From a virus (taxonomy: Duplodnaviria; Caudoviricetes), in the IMG/VR virus record IMGVR_UViG_3300037249_000989, positions 1,016 to 65,015 of that record: a DNA stretch of 64,000 bases; one strand, written 5' to 3'. The notes under the pieces were generated by a model. It worked only from the letters and a program-made list of their open reading frames with translations, was not told the origin of the DNA and did no database searches. This document shows positions 45,403-57,822 of this stretch, in pieces. Numbering within the stretch: position 1 is the first letter of the stretch; each line of letters opens with the position of its first letter. Position numbers and translations under genes: made by a program.

Positions 45403-45600
45403 ATGAGTTACCCATTTGAAGATAAAACTGCATTGAATCATAGAAAAGAAACTAAAGAACAAAGTGCTGAAGAACTAATATATTAGCACGATATAAAGAT
45501 TCAAGAATTAGACACAAGATTGCGTTCACTAGAAAACTTAGTAAATGAAATGCATAATAAAGTTGCTCCTGTGTGGTGGAGCTAGAATAACCACACTTGA
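45403..45600 (+). CDS. Small coiled-coil protein (65 aa, TAG=Gln)
   Basis: Open frame in code 15. Confidence 0.45.
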
Positions 45601-45908
45601 TTATTTACCATAATTATTTAAAGTTATTTTTTATTTTATTTTCCCATCATTTGTCGAGATGATAAGTGATGGTTTTTTCGTATAAAATGTTGCAAAAAGC
45701 AGTCATTTTGTAAAGTGAGCTTGCCAATTTTCACTTTCTGTGAACTTTTTTCATCCCGGATTTTTCCGTGTCGTGGAATTGTTATAATTTTGCAATGTCA
45801 ATCAGTTAAAACACTGATTTACGGGAAGTTACCGTTATAACTTAAAGCAGAACTTTAACATTATTAACAACATAAAATTTTAAAACTATAGCAACAAAAA
45901 AAGAACAG

Positions 45909-46544
45909 ATGGTTATGAACCTCATCAATCGCAGAAATTATTTCCTTACACTTATAGGTGAAAAACCTGTAAAGTATAGTGAGTATGAAATTTCTTCGCA
46001 AGTACGTAAGAACTCAGTGACTGACCTTGAAAGTCAAATGAAAAGCCTTGAGCATTCTATCAAATTAGCAGAAACTAAAACTGCTGCTGATAAATATTGG
46101 GCAGAACATAAAGAAGAAAAACAACAGCTTATTGACAAAAAAGCAGAGATTGGTGCAGGTTACAAACAGGTTCAAGAGCGTTACCTTGAGAAATTTAACA
46201 AGTTGGTTGAATCTATGAACATGCACGTAACACATATGTCAACCACTAATATTGAAATTTCATCTAATGTAAATCCTCGTTATCACTTTGATATATACTA
46301 TAATGCAAACTGGGGTGAAGATAATCGCGAGATTAAAATAAACTATCCTTGCTATGGTAGTTTTAACCCTGCTAAAGACCGTGAAATGAGTGATTATTTA
46401 ATGGCAATGGCGGTGTTTGCATACAACCTCAGATTGCAACAGGAATTTAAAGAGGCTTTGGACCAATTCAATGATGAAATGGAAGCCATTAGAAAAGCTG
46501 TTAATGAAATTGACAACTATATTAAAAACCCAATTAATCTCTAA
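45909..46544 (+). CDS. Hypothetical coiled-coil protein (211 aa, TAG-free), copy-2 specific
   Basis: Long ORF replacing the two small genes at 15951-16279. Confidence 0.7.
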   Translation: MVMNLINRRNYFLTLIGEKPVKYSEYEISSQVRKNSVTDLESQMKSLEHSIKLAETKTAADKYWAEHKEEKQQLIDKKAEIGAGYKQVQERYLEKFNKLVESMNMHVTHMSTTNIEISSNVNPRYHFDIYYNANWGEDNREIKINYPCYGSFNPAKDREMSDYLMAMAVFAYNLRLQQEFKEALDQFNDEMEAIRKAVNEIDNYIKNPINL

Positions 46545-46549
46545 TCATT

Positions 46550-46666
46550 ATGACCCAAATTGAATTAGAAGCTTATAACGCTGTTAAGCGTATGGCAAAA
46601 GAACTTGAAACTCTCAATAAAAATATTGAGAAACTAATCGAATGTTTAACTAATAAAACCAAATGA
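46550..46666 (+). CDS. 38-aa coiled-coil peptide
   Basis: ATG after CATT leader; heptad pattern. Confidence 0.45.
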   Translation: MTQIELEAYNAVKRMAKELETLNKNIEKLIECLTNKTK

Positions 46667-46669
46667 ATT

Positions 46670-46969
46670 ATGATTACATCTTTTAAAATTAGTTCTCTGA
46701 TGGGAGAACCTTCAATTAAATTAGAAAACAGTATTACTTTAGACCGTATGCACGGAACCGTTCTTGTTGGCAAAGTTGAGAATGGCCAACTGTTATGGAT
46801 CGAGAATTTCGACAATCTTCCTGAGAAGGGTAAAGATTTGTTATTCAAAATGCTTAAGGCACGCAAGGTTATTATGAGCTTTGATGTTCAGTTTAACATT
46901 ATCACTAAAGGTATTGTTGTTAATGACAAAGCAAAACCTGAAAAAACTCCTAAGCATTATGAAAGTTGA
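46670..46969 (+). CDS. Hypothetical protein (copy 2)
   Basis: Orthologue of 16276-16584. Confidence 0.7.
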   Translation: MITSFKISSLMGEPSIKLENSITLDRMHGTVLVGKVENGQLLWIENFDNLPEKGKDLLFKMLKARKVIMSFDVQFNIITKGIVVNDKAKPEKTPKHYES

Positions 46970-47279
46970 GAATTGGACAATTCAAGAGTTAACCGGGTAC
47001 GTGCCTAAAACCACATTCTATACAGATTTCAGTATAGCAGACCAGTTCGGAACTAATGCTATTCAAGATACTTTTAACAGGGCATTTGAAAGCTGGAAGT
47101 CCAATGTTGAGTACCTGACAGAATTGGTAATGGTTCTGAACTGGAAGATTTGGAGATGGCACGGACATAAAGAAGATTATGCCACACTATATGATAAGCT
47201 CTGGAAGCAAGCAGACCAGTATTGTATGGACAATCTTAAAGGTTCAGATTTAACGTATTACATTCAAACCACAGACTGA
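46959..47279 (+). CDS. Conserved hypothetical protein (copy 2)
   Basis: Orthologue of 16574-16894. Confidence 0.75.
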   Translation: MKVENWTIQELTGYVPKTTFYTDFSIADQFGTNAIQDTFNRAFESWKSNVEYLTELVMVLNWKIWRWHGHKEDYATLYDKLWKQADQYCMDNLKGSDLTYYIQTTD

Positions 47280-47280
47280 T

Positions 47281-47460
47281 ATGGCATCACCACTAACATC
47301 AGAATGTTTAAAAGGACCAGGATGTCCACCCGGTGTAGATTTAAGAGAGTGCACTAAATGGCCTAATAACTGTCCATTAGTCCACGTACAAGGTGACAGT
47401 ATTATTTTGGAAAGTCCACAACAGAAGTTATTTCCGGATATACAGGATGACCCAGAATGA
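47281..47460 (+). CDS. Cys-containing hypothetical protein (copy 2)
   Basis: Orthologue of 16896-17075. Confidence 0.55.
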   Translation: MASPLTSECLKGPGCPPGVDLRECTKWPNNCPLVHVQGDSIILESPQQKLFPDIQDDPE

Positions 47461-47528
47461 TGCGAAACTGATAAGTAATATAATTTATTAGCAAAAAGAA
47501 AAGAGAGCTTTCAGGGCTCTCTTTTTAA

Positions 47529-48206
47529 TTATAGGTAATTTTCCTGTTTATATGATTGGGTCTTCCAATATTTAAGTTCCGGCTTCTCCGCAACAACAAC
47601 CGGTTCATATCCTTGTTTCAAAAGGCCATTACGGGTTATGTTCTCGCGCATCCAGCCTAGTGCAAAGTCTGAATATATGTGCTTTTTCCATCCGTTACTG
47701 TACAAGGAACTCATAAATGCAGAGACTTGGTTTCCTTTCAGTTTAGACAGGGTTTGTGCCAACTGCATATTTGCAAAACTGCGATTGTGGCTGTTATTCA
47801 TTATCGGACTGAAATCTCTTTCAGTACTTTTTAAAGCATCCTTGATGAACTCGTATGCCATATCATTCCAGAACTTCTCGTTCAATTGCTCCAACAGACG
47901 GTAATTGAAGTTCTGTTCGTCCTTTTTGCCGTTGACCCATAAATTTCCGGTCAGGATATTTTCAACAGAGAATGGCATATAGTACCCTTCGTAAGCGAAG
48001 AAATGATTGTTCTTGCTGAAATAGGTTGAGTTGCAATAGTCCTCGATATGGGAACAGGAAATTTTGGGATTGTCTCTGTGTGCATCTGCGATGCTGTTAT
48101 AAATTTTAGTTGCATAATTGTAGTTTCCCTTTTCGTCAAACTCACCTTTGATAGTCCACACTTTTGGGCTGTTTTCGAATCGGTCTAATAATTTTTTTGT
48201 TGCCAT
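47529..48206 (-). CDS. Variable cassette gene, 225 aa, possible NUMOD1-like HTH N-terminus
   Basis: YNSIADAHRD..ISCSHIEDYC..FFAY pattern; preceded by the 27-bp repeat. Confidence 0.6.
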   Translation of the reverse strand: MATKKLLDRFENSPKVWTIKGEFDEKGNYNYATKIYNSIADAHRDNPKISCSHIEDYCNSTYFSKNNHFFAYEGYYMPFSVENILTGNLWVNGKKDEQNFNYRLLEQLNEKFWNDMAYEFIKDALKSTERDFSPIMNNSHNRSFANMQLAQTLSKLKGNQVSAFMSSLYSNGWKKHIYSDFALGWMRENITRNGLLKQGYEPVVVAEKPELKYWKTQSYKQENYL

Positions 48207-48241
48207 AATTTTAAGACAGTTTTTGCCGAGTGTCTCTCGTT

Positions 48242-48424
48242 TTAAAATTTTTTATTGTTATCAGTTATAATTTGAGCCGGACCTACGTTAATAGTGATAG
48301 ATACCTGTGCATTCGGATTTAAACGGTTCAGTTCTGATATAAGTTTATGGAACTCGTTAACCGTATAATTTGGAATTGTCAGATCACAAGAATCTGATTT
48401 GATAGTTACGTTTTTGATACGCAT
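48242..48424 (-). CDS. Variable cassette gene, 60 aa
   Basis: Lies between two 27-bp repeats. Confidence 0.6.
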   Translation of the reverse strand: MRIKNVTIKSDSCDLTIPNYTVNEFHKLISELNRLNPNAQVSITINVGPAQIITDNNKKF

Positions 48425-48515
48425 AATTTTGGGACAGTTTTTGTCGAGTGTCTCTCGTTTTAAGTTTATTTTTTATTTTGATTAGTTTATAGTTTGGACC
48501 AGAGAACTGGAGATT

Positions 48516-48752
48516 TTACTCTCCAAGTTCTCCTGTATAAAGGATCATTTGTCCGTTTGGTCGATCGAAGATCTGGAGTAAAATGTAGGTTTCTCCGTCC
48601 ATTTTAACGATTTCTCCGATTTGGATGTTGGATTCTCCTGATTTCGGTCTCATCCGTTTGATTCCTTGATTTTTAGTGAGGTTGTAAAAAATGTACAGTT
48701 TGGGTTCATTACTTTTTTTAATCTTTTTAATAACAAAATTTTTACTCATCAT
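48516..48752 (-). CDS. Hypothetical protein (copy 2)
   Basis: Orthologue of 17401-17625. Confidence 0.7.
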   Translation of the reverse strand: MMSKNFVIKKIKKSNEPKLYIFYNLTKNQGIKRMRPKSGESNIQIGEIVKMDGETYILLQIFDRPNGQMILYTGELGE

Positions 48753-50164
48753 AATTTTAAAAATTTTAAAAATTTAACATCATTTAATTTCGAGAATGTT
48801 ATTACGGAATCAGAAAAAAGTTTGGTTTAGGCCCTAAAAAAGTTGTATAATCTTAAAAATAGTATATTTCTTCTTAATAATCGTATATAAAAATTCATTC
48901 TAAGGTACCAGATTTGACACCAGACACACCGAAATAACCCAGTAATATAAATTATTAGGCTAACAGAAAAGAAGTCCCCAGAATCAAATTATAATCTGGG
49001 AACTAAAAGCAGTAAGAAACGAATGGGATGTGCCTTATATTAACAGATTAACGAAAAACGTATATATAAGAACCAGAATTTGCCTGATATAAACTAATAA
49101 AAAAGAAATAAACTCAGATATAGATATATAAGATACAGAGATAATACACCTATAATATAAATAAAGCAAGCAAGTAAATTTTATATAATAAGATAAATCA
49201 CTCCAGGACACATTAAATCAGATAAGATATATAAATCTATTATACAGATAGTTTCGAATCACTAGAATGTGAATAAGGACTATCAGGAATATTTTTAAAT
49301 AATTTATATACTCACGGAAATCGGATATCCGGCTAATGTGCTGATACTAGTCAAGTCTAAGGAATAATAATAGAAATAAAGCATTCTAATAGGTTTAAGT
49401 TTGTTCAGGTTCTTCAGGAAATCGCAGGAACGCGGGATATCTGGGCCCTCTGGGCCTTGCTAAGTGCACATAATTTTGTTTGAAAAAAAAATCGCAAATT
49501 TTGAAACTTTTTCAGATTCCAGAATAACATATAAGTCTCATAGTTATTAAGGGAGCTAAATCCGAGATGGACTAAGCTCCCATTTTTATTTAGGTTTGCC
49601 GATTTTATCAATTATAATATAATTGATAATTATATACTATATTGACCTAAAACAGGCGATTACCTGATTACCGAGCTACGCTCATTAGCAGATTTATCGC
49701 AATAATTCCATTTACTCACCAAAAGCCAATAATCAGATTTGGTTAAAGAATCAGATTACTCAGATTGGATCAGATTGGATCAGATAATCAGATGAATCGG
49801 GTTTCCGGTTTTTCTGCTAATCTGCTGGTCTGTCCTATTATATACGCGCGTATTGACATAATGACAAATGTCAATTTTAGGACAAACTTGTATATAATTA
49901 TCAATAGTATTAGAACCCATTCTGGTGCATCCAATTCAATTTTAGGTTAAAATGTCAAAATGATACAAAAACAATCATTTTTGTAACACACTTTTGAAAA
50001 GCCCTATAGGTTTTTCGAATGGTCAGTTACATTTTGTAAACTATTTTGAATAAAAAGTATCATAATGACAAAATGACTGCTAATGTGCATTTTATTGTCA
50101 AAAAATTTTCATATGTCGAAAATTTTTATTAAATTTGCAATGTATTTTAAAAGCAATATAACAT

Positions 50165-51355
50165 ATGAAACCATTAGTTAAAAAGCTTGACAAAAAGCAC
50201 CAACAAAGCATCATTTACATCACCTTACACGCTAAGGAAATCTTCAATAGGCTAAGATGGCCAAACGGTGTAAGATGCCCTTATTGTGGTGAAGTTCATT
50301 GTTGGACCTATAAGAACGGTATGCACAAGTGCTCTAAATGTGGAAAGCGTTTTAGTGACACCAGTTCAACCCTTTTTCACGGTACTAAGGTTCCTATTGC
50401 TTATTGGTTAGTCGCTCTCTATTTGCTTACAATGGGCAAAGGATGCAGTTCTGAAGAGCTTTCAGCTTATTTAGGTATAACACAGAAGTCTGCTTGGTTC
50501 TTATTACATAAAGTAAGGGAAGCATTCAGACCAGATGGAACTGTATTGGAAGGTGATGTAGCTGTAGATGAAGTTTATTTAGGTGGTAAATGGTCTAGTA
50601 TAATACTGCCTAAGAAGATAGATATTCTTAAGCGTTATGGTTTATGGTATGAAGGTGATAAAGAGAGAACCTGGCACAAAAAGAATATACGTAGAGCAAT
50701 ATCTGAATATAAGCAACCTGTCTATGGAATGAATGATGGTAAGAATATTGTATTGATGGCGGTTCCTAATAGGTTTGATTCTAAGGACCTGTTAGATATT
50801 ACATTAAAGCATACAGGTAATATTCAGCACTTAGTTAGTGACCAATCTATATTATATAAAGAGATTGCAGAAACAGGTATTGATGTGATCCAAATGAACC
50901 ATAGTAAACGAGAGTTCCATAATGGTGAATATTCGAGTAACAGAATTGAAGGAACTTTTAGCCATTTGAAACGCAGATACAGATGCAACTATGTGAGACC
51001 TGAGAAAAAATATATCCAGCTCTATCTGAATGAATTTTGTTTCAGATGGAATCACAGAGATAATACCAGCATAGAGAGATTAGCCGATAGTATTGGTTTA
51101 TGTGTCACTAGAGGACGTGTAACCAATAAGGATATATGTAACTATAATTGGTTAAGTTCGTATCACCAGAGGAAACCAAAACGTAGAGAGACTTTAGAGG
51201 AATGGTTTGAAGCAGGTATTAAATGGCCTGACATATATAGTAGTATGACAATACAAGGTGTAGAATATACTAAAGAAAGATTTGAAGAACTAAAGTCTAA
51301 ATGGGAAGCTAAAAGAGATATATGGCATATAGATGAAAGTGAACTAGTTTTTTAG
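50165..51355 (+). CDS. IS1595-family DDE transposase (copy 2)
   Basis: All catalytic and Zn motifs intact; same locus as 18923. Confidence 0.9.
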   Translation: MKPLVKKLDKKHQQSIIYITLHAKEIFNRLRWPNGVRCPYCGEVHCWTYKNGMHKCSKCGKRFSDTSSTLFHGTKVPIAYWLVALYLLTMGKGCSSEELSAYLGITQKSAWFLLHKVREAFRPDGTVLEGDVAVDEVYLGGKWSSIILPKKIDILKRYGLWYEGDKERTWHKKNIRRAISEYKQPVYGMNDGKNIVLMAVPNRFDSKDLLDITLKHTGNIQHLVSDQSILYKEIAETGIDVIQMNHSKREFHNGEYSSNRIEGTFSHLKRRYRCNYVRPEKKYIQLYLNEFCFRWNHRDNTSIERLADSIGLCVTRGRVTNKDICNYNWLSSYHQRKPKRRETLEEWFEAGIKWPDIYSSMTIQGVEYTKERFEELKSKWEAKRDIWHIDESELVF

Positions 51356-51746
51356 TTTAACTAAGTAGGTAGTTCCATTTTAAACATTAAATAGAAAAAA
51401 TAAATAATTCAGTATTAAATAATGTGCCATAAAATGGTACATTCTGTATATCTGTTTTAATTATTATATATATTAAATAAACTATATAAACTAGTTAACT
51501 AGTTTAGCAACCAAAATTTTAGACCTGTTTTAGACACTTTAGAAAATTGAATTTTGACCAAAAATTTCTTAAATAAATAATATATAGAAGCAATAAAAAT
51601 TAAACCTCACACAACTATGATTACATTATTATCTATAGCATCTGTTTTAGCAACATTATTAAACGTTACCGTTATTTTTGGAGCAGGTTATGTAACTGCA
51701 TATTACATCCAATATTTAAAAAATAAAAAATCAAACATTACATTAA

Positions 51747-52268
51747 ATGAAAAACCCAAAGAAGCTTGATTTGAATACAGAATCACATTTTAGCTAGAGA
51801 GTTCCTAAAAAACAAAGAGAATATTTAAAGAAGCTCTGGACACCACCAGAGAATAATGATGCAGACACAATTCTGAATTGGCTCTATAACAGAGGGCTGG
51901 TTCAGAATTATGTTCGTAAATTAGAGTATGAAACCATTGATGAAGATACTATATAGGACGAGATTCAAGAAGTTTGGCTTTACCTAATAGAAAAGAAAGA
52001 CAAACTCAAAGATTTATATGATACACAAGGAATCACAGGTTTGACTGCCTATGTTTCCGGTATTATTGCAAGACAGGTTCATTCTAATAGTTCCCAGATT
52101 TATAATAAATATAAAAAGGGATTCAAAATCTTCAAACATATATCAAACAAAACTTGGGAAGTCTTTGATAATACTGGTGAAATGATTCCCACTAATTATG
52201 ATTATTTGACTGAGGAGACACTTGAAGATATAGTGATTAAAAATATATATAATAATAAAGATGAGTAA
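51747..52268 (+). CDS. Sigma region-2-like protein (copy 2, TAG=Gln)
   Basis: Orthologue of 20480-21001. Confidence 0.55.
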
Positions 52269-52587
52269 AAAAGGAAGACCTAAAATAGACAGACCTATTG
52301 AAGAACTGAATTATACTACATTTTAGCAAGATATAACAATGTTCCGAAACTATTTAATAGATGTGATAAATGATGAAGAAACAGAAGACCCCAATATCCC
52401 AATTATCAGGAAATTCCTATCAATGGAGATCTGGGCCTAGAATCTGTTTATCATATATCTATTAAACAAAGATAAACACAATACTGCGAACAAATTCACA
52501 TTCAAAGCCCTTGCCGATTTATTGTAGGTTGACAGAGGTGAATTGATGCGAAAAATTAAAGATATAAAAAATGAACTGAAGATATGA
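52261..52587 (+). CDS. Sigma region-4-like protein (copy 2, TAG=Gln)
   Basis: Orthologue of 20994-21320. Confidence 0.55.
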
Positions 52588-52907
52588 TATTAAATTTGAT
52601 TTGTATATGGATTATTTGCGTCGTGGTGATAGATATTTCAGGTTTTATAGATTCTATTAAATACGGAATTTCCTATCTCCTGACAAAGGGAAAAATCCCA
52701 TCATCAGATTATAGGATTAAACCGCTCGATTGTAGTTTCTGTATGAACTTCTGGATTGGTTTAATTTATATTATCTGTATTGGGTAGTTCTCATTACCGG
52801 CAGTTGCATTTATTTTGATGCTCTCTGTCTTTACTCCTATTTTGAAAGATATTATTATTCTTTTGAAAGATATATGTATAAAAATTATTGACAAATTCTA
52901 TGACTAA
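52584..52907 (+). CDS. CxxC membrane protein (copy 2)
   Basis: Orthologue of 21317-21640. Confidence 0.65.
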
Positions 52908-53226
52908 AGAACAACACGATAAACTTATTAAATATGAGCAGATTTTTAGAACTGCAATTGACTCAAACTATTATAGATCTATGGACAGTCGATTTGCGAG
53001 TGATTTTATTGCTATGTGTCGTGAATTGAATGTTTATATTAAACCAAGTTGTCCATAGTGTGTGCTCAAAGCTTTACAGACAATGGGCAAACTATATTTT
53101 GAGTATAAAGAACCTGAAAAAGAGAAACCCATTCAGGACACTCCAAAACCAATAGATAATAAAACTATTACTAAAACAAATAAAGTGTCCCAGAAGTCAC
53201 AGAAACAACCAAAGAAAAAGAAATGA
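52900..53226 (+). CDS. Hypothetical protein (copy 2)
   Basis: Orthologue of 21633-21959. Confidence 0.65.
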
Positions 53227-53235
53227 TGATTAGTT

Positions 53236-53760
53236 ATGTCAAGTAAAAAAGATAATTATATAAACAGAGACTTTTCTCACGATAGAGACAGGTTTGATTC
53301 TAATATTACATTATAGGCAAGAGCAATGATTATTGCAGATGAGATTGCCAAAGGAACCTTATATCGTTAGATTGTGAAGAAATATATGGAAGAATGGGGT
53401 GTTTCATATAATTATATGCATTCCATTATTACTGAATCCATTAACATGTTCAATAATGAAGCCATATATAAGAAGTTGAAGGATATAAATTTAGACAGAT
53501 TGACTGATATATATGCAGAAGCACGTGAGCAAGGTGACTTAGATGTGGCAATTAAAGCTGTCGATAAGCTGAATAAAACTGCCGGAATATATGATACAGA
53601 TAAAACTTAGGTTCAGGTTCAGACAGATGATAGTAATATTGTGATAACATTTGGTGGTGAATCAGTAGAATCAGTTGAAGCTAAGTTTAATTAGAAGCCT
53701 GAAGAGGCTCCATTTAATGAAGTGGACAGTCTGATAAACGAAGCTTTAGATAAAAAGTAA
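53236..53760 (+). CDS. Terminase small subunit, putative (copy 2)
   Basis: Orthologue of 21969-22493. Confidence 0.6.
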
Positions 53761-53771
53761 AAATTTGAATA

Positions 53772-54992
53772 ATGAATATCACATTACCAAAAATGTTTAG
53801 TTGGCAATAGAAGGTTTTCTTAGGGTTGAAGAACCATTGGAAAGATTCTATTCACGTAGTCAAGTCAAGACGTCAGTGTGGCAAGTCAATTTTAGCAGAA
53901 TTGATTGGAATGTATTATTGTATCTAGAATAAAAACTTTAGATGTTATATTATTGAGCCAACATTCAACCAAGCAGATAAAGTTATGAATGAAGTTTGGA
54001 AGATGTGTAAAGGTCAACCATTCTATTATAAAAAGAACGATATAAAAAGATAGTTACTATTCAAGAACGGTGCTGAAATACGATTGTTCTCAGCTGAGCA
54101 AGGTGTGGATGCATTGCAAGGTTATACATGTGAGTTGCTGATAATAGACGAAGCTGCATATTTAAGTGAAGATATTATAGATGCAATATTTCCGTATGTG
54201 AATACTACTAAAGGACCTATTGTTATGTTCTCTACACCAAGAACAAAGTCTGGATAGTTTTATAATTATTATTCGATGGGATTAAGTAGTGATGAAAATA
54301 TTTATAGTTACGACTGGGCAACTGAAGATGTTTCTGAATTGCTTAGTCCTTCCAAACTTGAATTGTACCGAAAAACTGTTGACCCATTAAAGTTTAAAAC
54401 TTATTATTTGGGTTAGTTTCTTGATAATGAATCAGATTTCTTTGGTGATTTCTCACAATGTGTCAAAGATAAGCCAAATATTTGTTTGGAACCAGTAGTA
54501 TTTGGTATTGACTGGGCTGGTTCAACTGGTGGTGACTACACTGCCATTTCTATTATTGGACTTAGTGGACAACTTTACGATATTAAATATTTCAATGATA
54601 AGGATCCAAAACAAACTATTGCTGAAATATTAAGATTGGTTGCTTAGTATAAACCTAAAAAAGTGACAGTTGAAACAAACTCAATTGGCAATATATATTT
54701 TGGTTTGCTTAGAGACGAATTAAAAATGCGAAAGGTTCCGTTAATTGGGTTTTACACAGATAATATCAGTAAAGATAAGATTATTTCTAAGTTGCAAGTT
54801 GCATTTCAAAATAACAAAATTTTGATTTATACTGACTACGAACTAATGGATGAATTGCAATATTATGAGTTAACTTATAGTAAAACTGGGAAACGCGTAT
54901 TTAATGCTAAAACAGGACACCACGACGACTTGATAATGAGTTTGGCCATTGGTTTTAATTCGTTGACTTCTGGAAACTATGATGTTTGCTAA
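53772..54992 (+). CDS. terL: Terminase large subunit (copy 2, TAG=Gln)
   Basis: Same motifs as 22505-23728. Confidence 0.9.
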
Positions 54993-55038
54993 AATAAATA
55001 TAAAAACAAAAAATTATTTTTCATTTGAACAAAAGATT

Positions 55039-55775
55039 ATGACGTGGAACGATATTACATATAGACAATTGCTTGATATTAGAGAAGCTGCTAATATTGA
55101 AGATGAAAATGAACGTGTGTATGCAATTATGGAAGCTGTTTTTGGTGAAGATGTTTTAAATTTGCCATTAAAAGACTTCAATGAACAATGTAAAGAATTG
55201 TAGTTTTTACAAAAACCAATTCCAAATGATTTGCATATAAAAACTATTAAAGTAAACGGAAGAGAATATTATTTTGATGGGTTGCTTGGAAAAATCACCA
55301 CTGCCCAATATATTGACTTCCAAAACTACCAAAAAAATGAAGATGAACAAAAAACATTTTCAGTTTTCATTATTCCTAAAGGACACACATATAATGATGG
55401 ATATGATATGGAGCAAGTTTTTAATGATATATTAGATGTGCCAGTACCTATTTTATACAGTGCAAGTTTTTTTTTCATTCGGTAGTTCGAACTATTCATT
55501 AGAATTTTCCGACGTTATTCAATCAAATAGATGAAGAAGACCGGACTACCGAAGGAAGTGATGGAGAATCTGGAGAAAATAGTGAACTTGTCAACAGAGA
55601 TGATGATAACCCCTTTGGAATCTTTCCATTCGTAATGACTTTTGTAGAAGTCACAAACCACACTTTAGAAGAAGCAATGAACTATGATGTTGCCACATTA
55701 TTTTATGTAGTCAGCTATTAGGTGATGGTTAACAAAAAGAAGGAAGAAATGATAAAGAAAATGTAGAAACGATAA
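55039..55775 (+). CDS. Tail assembly chaperone with -1 frameshift (copy 2; short form ends 55635)
   Basis: Same 9-T slippery run at ~55467-55475. Confidence 0.7.
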
Positions 55776-56233
55776 TGGAACAAACCACTGAAATAAGAAA
55801 TATATGTGAACAAATTGCTTAGGTTTACAGAGATAAAATGAGCAATGCCGGGTATGATTCAAATGGTGAACTAATGAAGTTTACTTGGGTGACAGAATAT
55901 AATGGGAATTTGTTTGAATTGTACTTCAATCTTCCGGACTATTGGTAGTATGCTGAAAACGGTAGAAGACCTGGAAAGTTCCCTCCACCTGATGCAATAC
56001 TAAAATGGATTTAGTTTAAAAGAATAGTCCCTAGCAGTCACTCTGGTAAAATCCCGACTACAAACCAATTAGTTTATTTAATATCAAGAAAGATTGCATT
56101 AAATGGGACACAAGGTAAACATTTGCTTCAACAAACTATAGACGAAACCTATGATACTTTAGTTGACAGATTGGTTGAAGCTATTACAAACCAAATAGAA
56201 AATGAATTAGAAAAAGATATAGAACAAATATGA
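55775..56233 (+). CDS. Neck/tail-completion protein (copy 2)
   Basis: Orthologue of 24513-24974; extra TAG aligns with CAA. Confidence 0.6.
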
Positions 56234-57819
56234 AAAGTTTATCAGATGATATTACAATCAAATTGCCTACTACTGGAATGGCTGAAGGGTATGTGACAAC
56301 AAAAATTTATGCCAATGGAAATGTTGTATTTACTGGACGTTCATATATACCGGGTGATGACAGCTCATTAAACGTAAATGTTAACGATATTGCTGTACAA
56401 AACCGTGGTAAAGATGATTATTTGAAACTTAATGATGATGGATAGGTTGAAACAGTTCCATTAGTTAACGATACATTTGGCGCTTATTCATATCAACGAA
56501 GATGGAATAGAGGACAAGTTGGAAATTATAAAGTTAATATAACAGACAATAATAATACATATGAAGATTCTGAATATGTGCTTACTGGTTATGACTACCA
56601 AAATAGAGATCTAAAACCTACTTCAATGGATGAAGAAGATTCTAGTTTATGTAGAATTATGCAAGGATGTGACTGGATTTATAATCACGATGAAGAAATT
56701 GGTAACTTTTATAATTTATTGTTACCTCATTACCCATTAAAACAAACAAATAAATATGGGTTTGGACTACAAATAGATGCAGGCAATACACCATTATCAA
56801 GCCCAAACACACCATATTCATTAAGACGTGATATGGGTCCAGAAGTAGAATTAGGTTCTCCAATATATGGTTTTTCAAATACTACATTTTTAACATTAAA
56901 TGATTTAATAAATGGGATAACTGGTTCAGATGATAATGATTCAGATGTTTCTATTTATTTAAAACAATCTGGAGTTTCAGAAGACGAATTTGGTGACTGG
57001 GTAGAAGGCTACATACGATATCCAGGTGAAGTCAAACTAAGTCATTTTATACAAAAACAATATGGTAGTTCAGGAGATCCACGCACACGTATAATTTCTA
57101 GAAATAGTCCTAAAGAATTTCGATTATCGATAGACGTATATAAACAACAAGGAGCAATACAATTAGAAATACCTCAAGAATTTTATAATTTAAATGAATG
57201 GAATGCAGCAAATATCACTAATTATCCTGACACTATAATTTATAATTATACATCACGCACATCTGAAGAAAATACACAAGATGTTTTGGATGAATATATA
57301 TCATATTATTCAGAAGTAACAACAAATGAAATACTTGACAAACGATTTACATTAACTCCTGTATTTTCATCTTCAACTTCTACTATTGACGTACCAGATA
57401 TATATTATGGAACTTGTCCAGTAGCAATTTTAGACAGATGTTATTCAAGATACTACTTAGCTTGGAATGATAGATATGGTGATATTCAATCGCAGCCATT
57501 TGATGGTAAAATAGAATACACCGAAGACACTCAAAAGACTGAGATAAAGGATTATAAAATGAGACGAAGAGTGATTAACAATGAACTGCAACCTAAATGG
57601 AAACTAAATACTAAATGGTTGAGTGAAGATATATATCCAATATATGAATCAATTTTCACAAGTCCGTATTTATTACTTTATGATACACAAACTGATAGAA
57701 GCTGGAATGTTATTTTAGCTGATAATAAATATACTGAGAAAACATATAAAAATCAAAAAGCATTGTTCAACTTAGAAATAACAGTTGAAGCTAATACAAA
57801 AGAAAATCGAATTTTTTAA
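56230..57819 (+). CDS. Tail protein (529 aa, TAG=Gln), divergent allele
   Basis: Only the C-terminus resembles 24971-26164. Confidence 0.6.
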
Positions 57820-57822
57820 TAA

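Noticed and set aside
17330-48461. 27-bp repeats as a CRISPR array
   Set aside because: Only 1-2 copies per unit, separated by whole genes; no cas genes.
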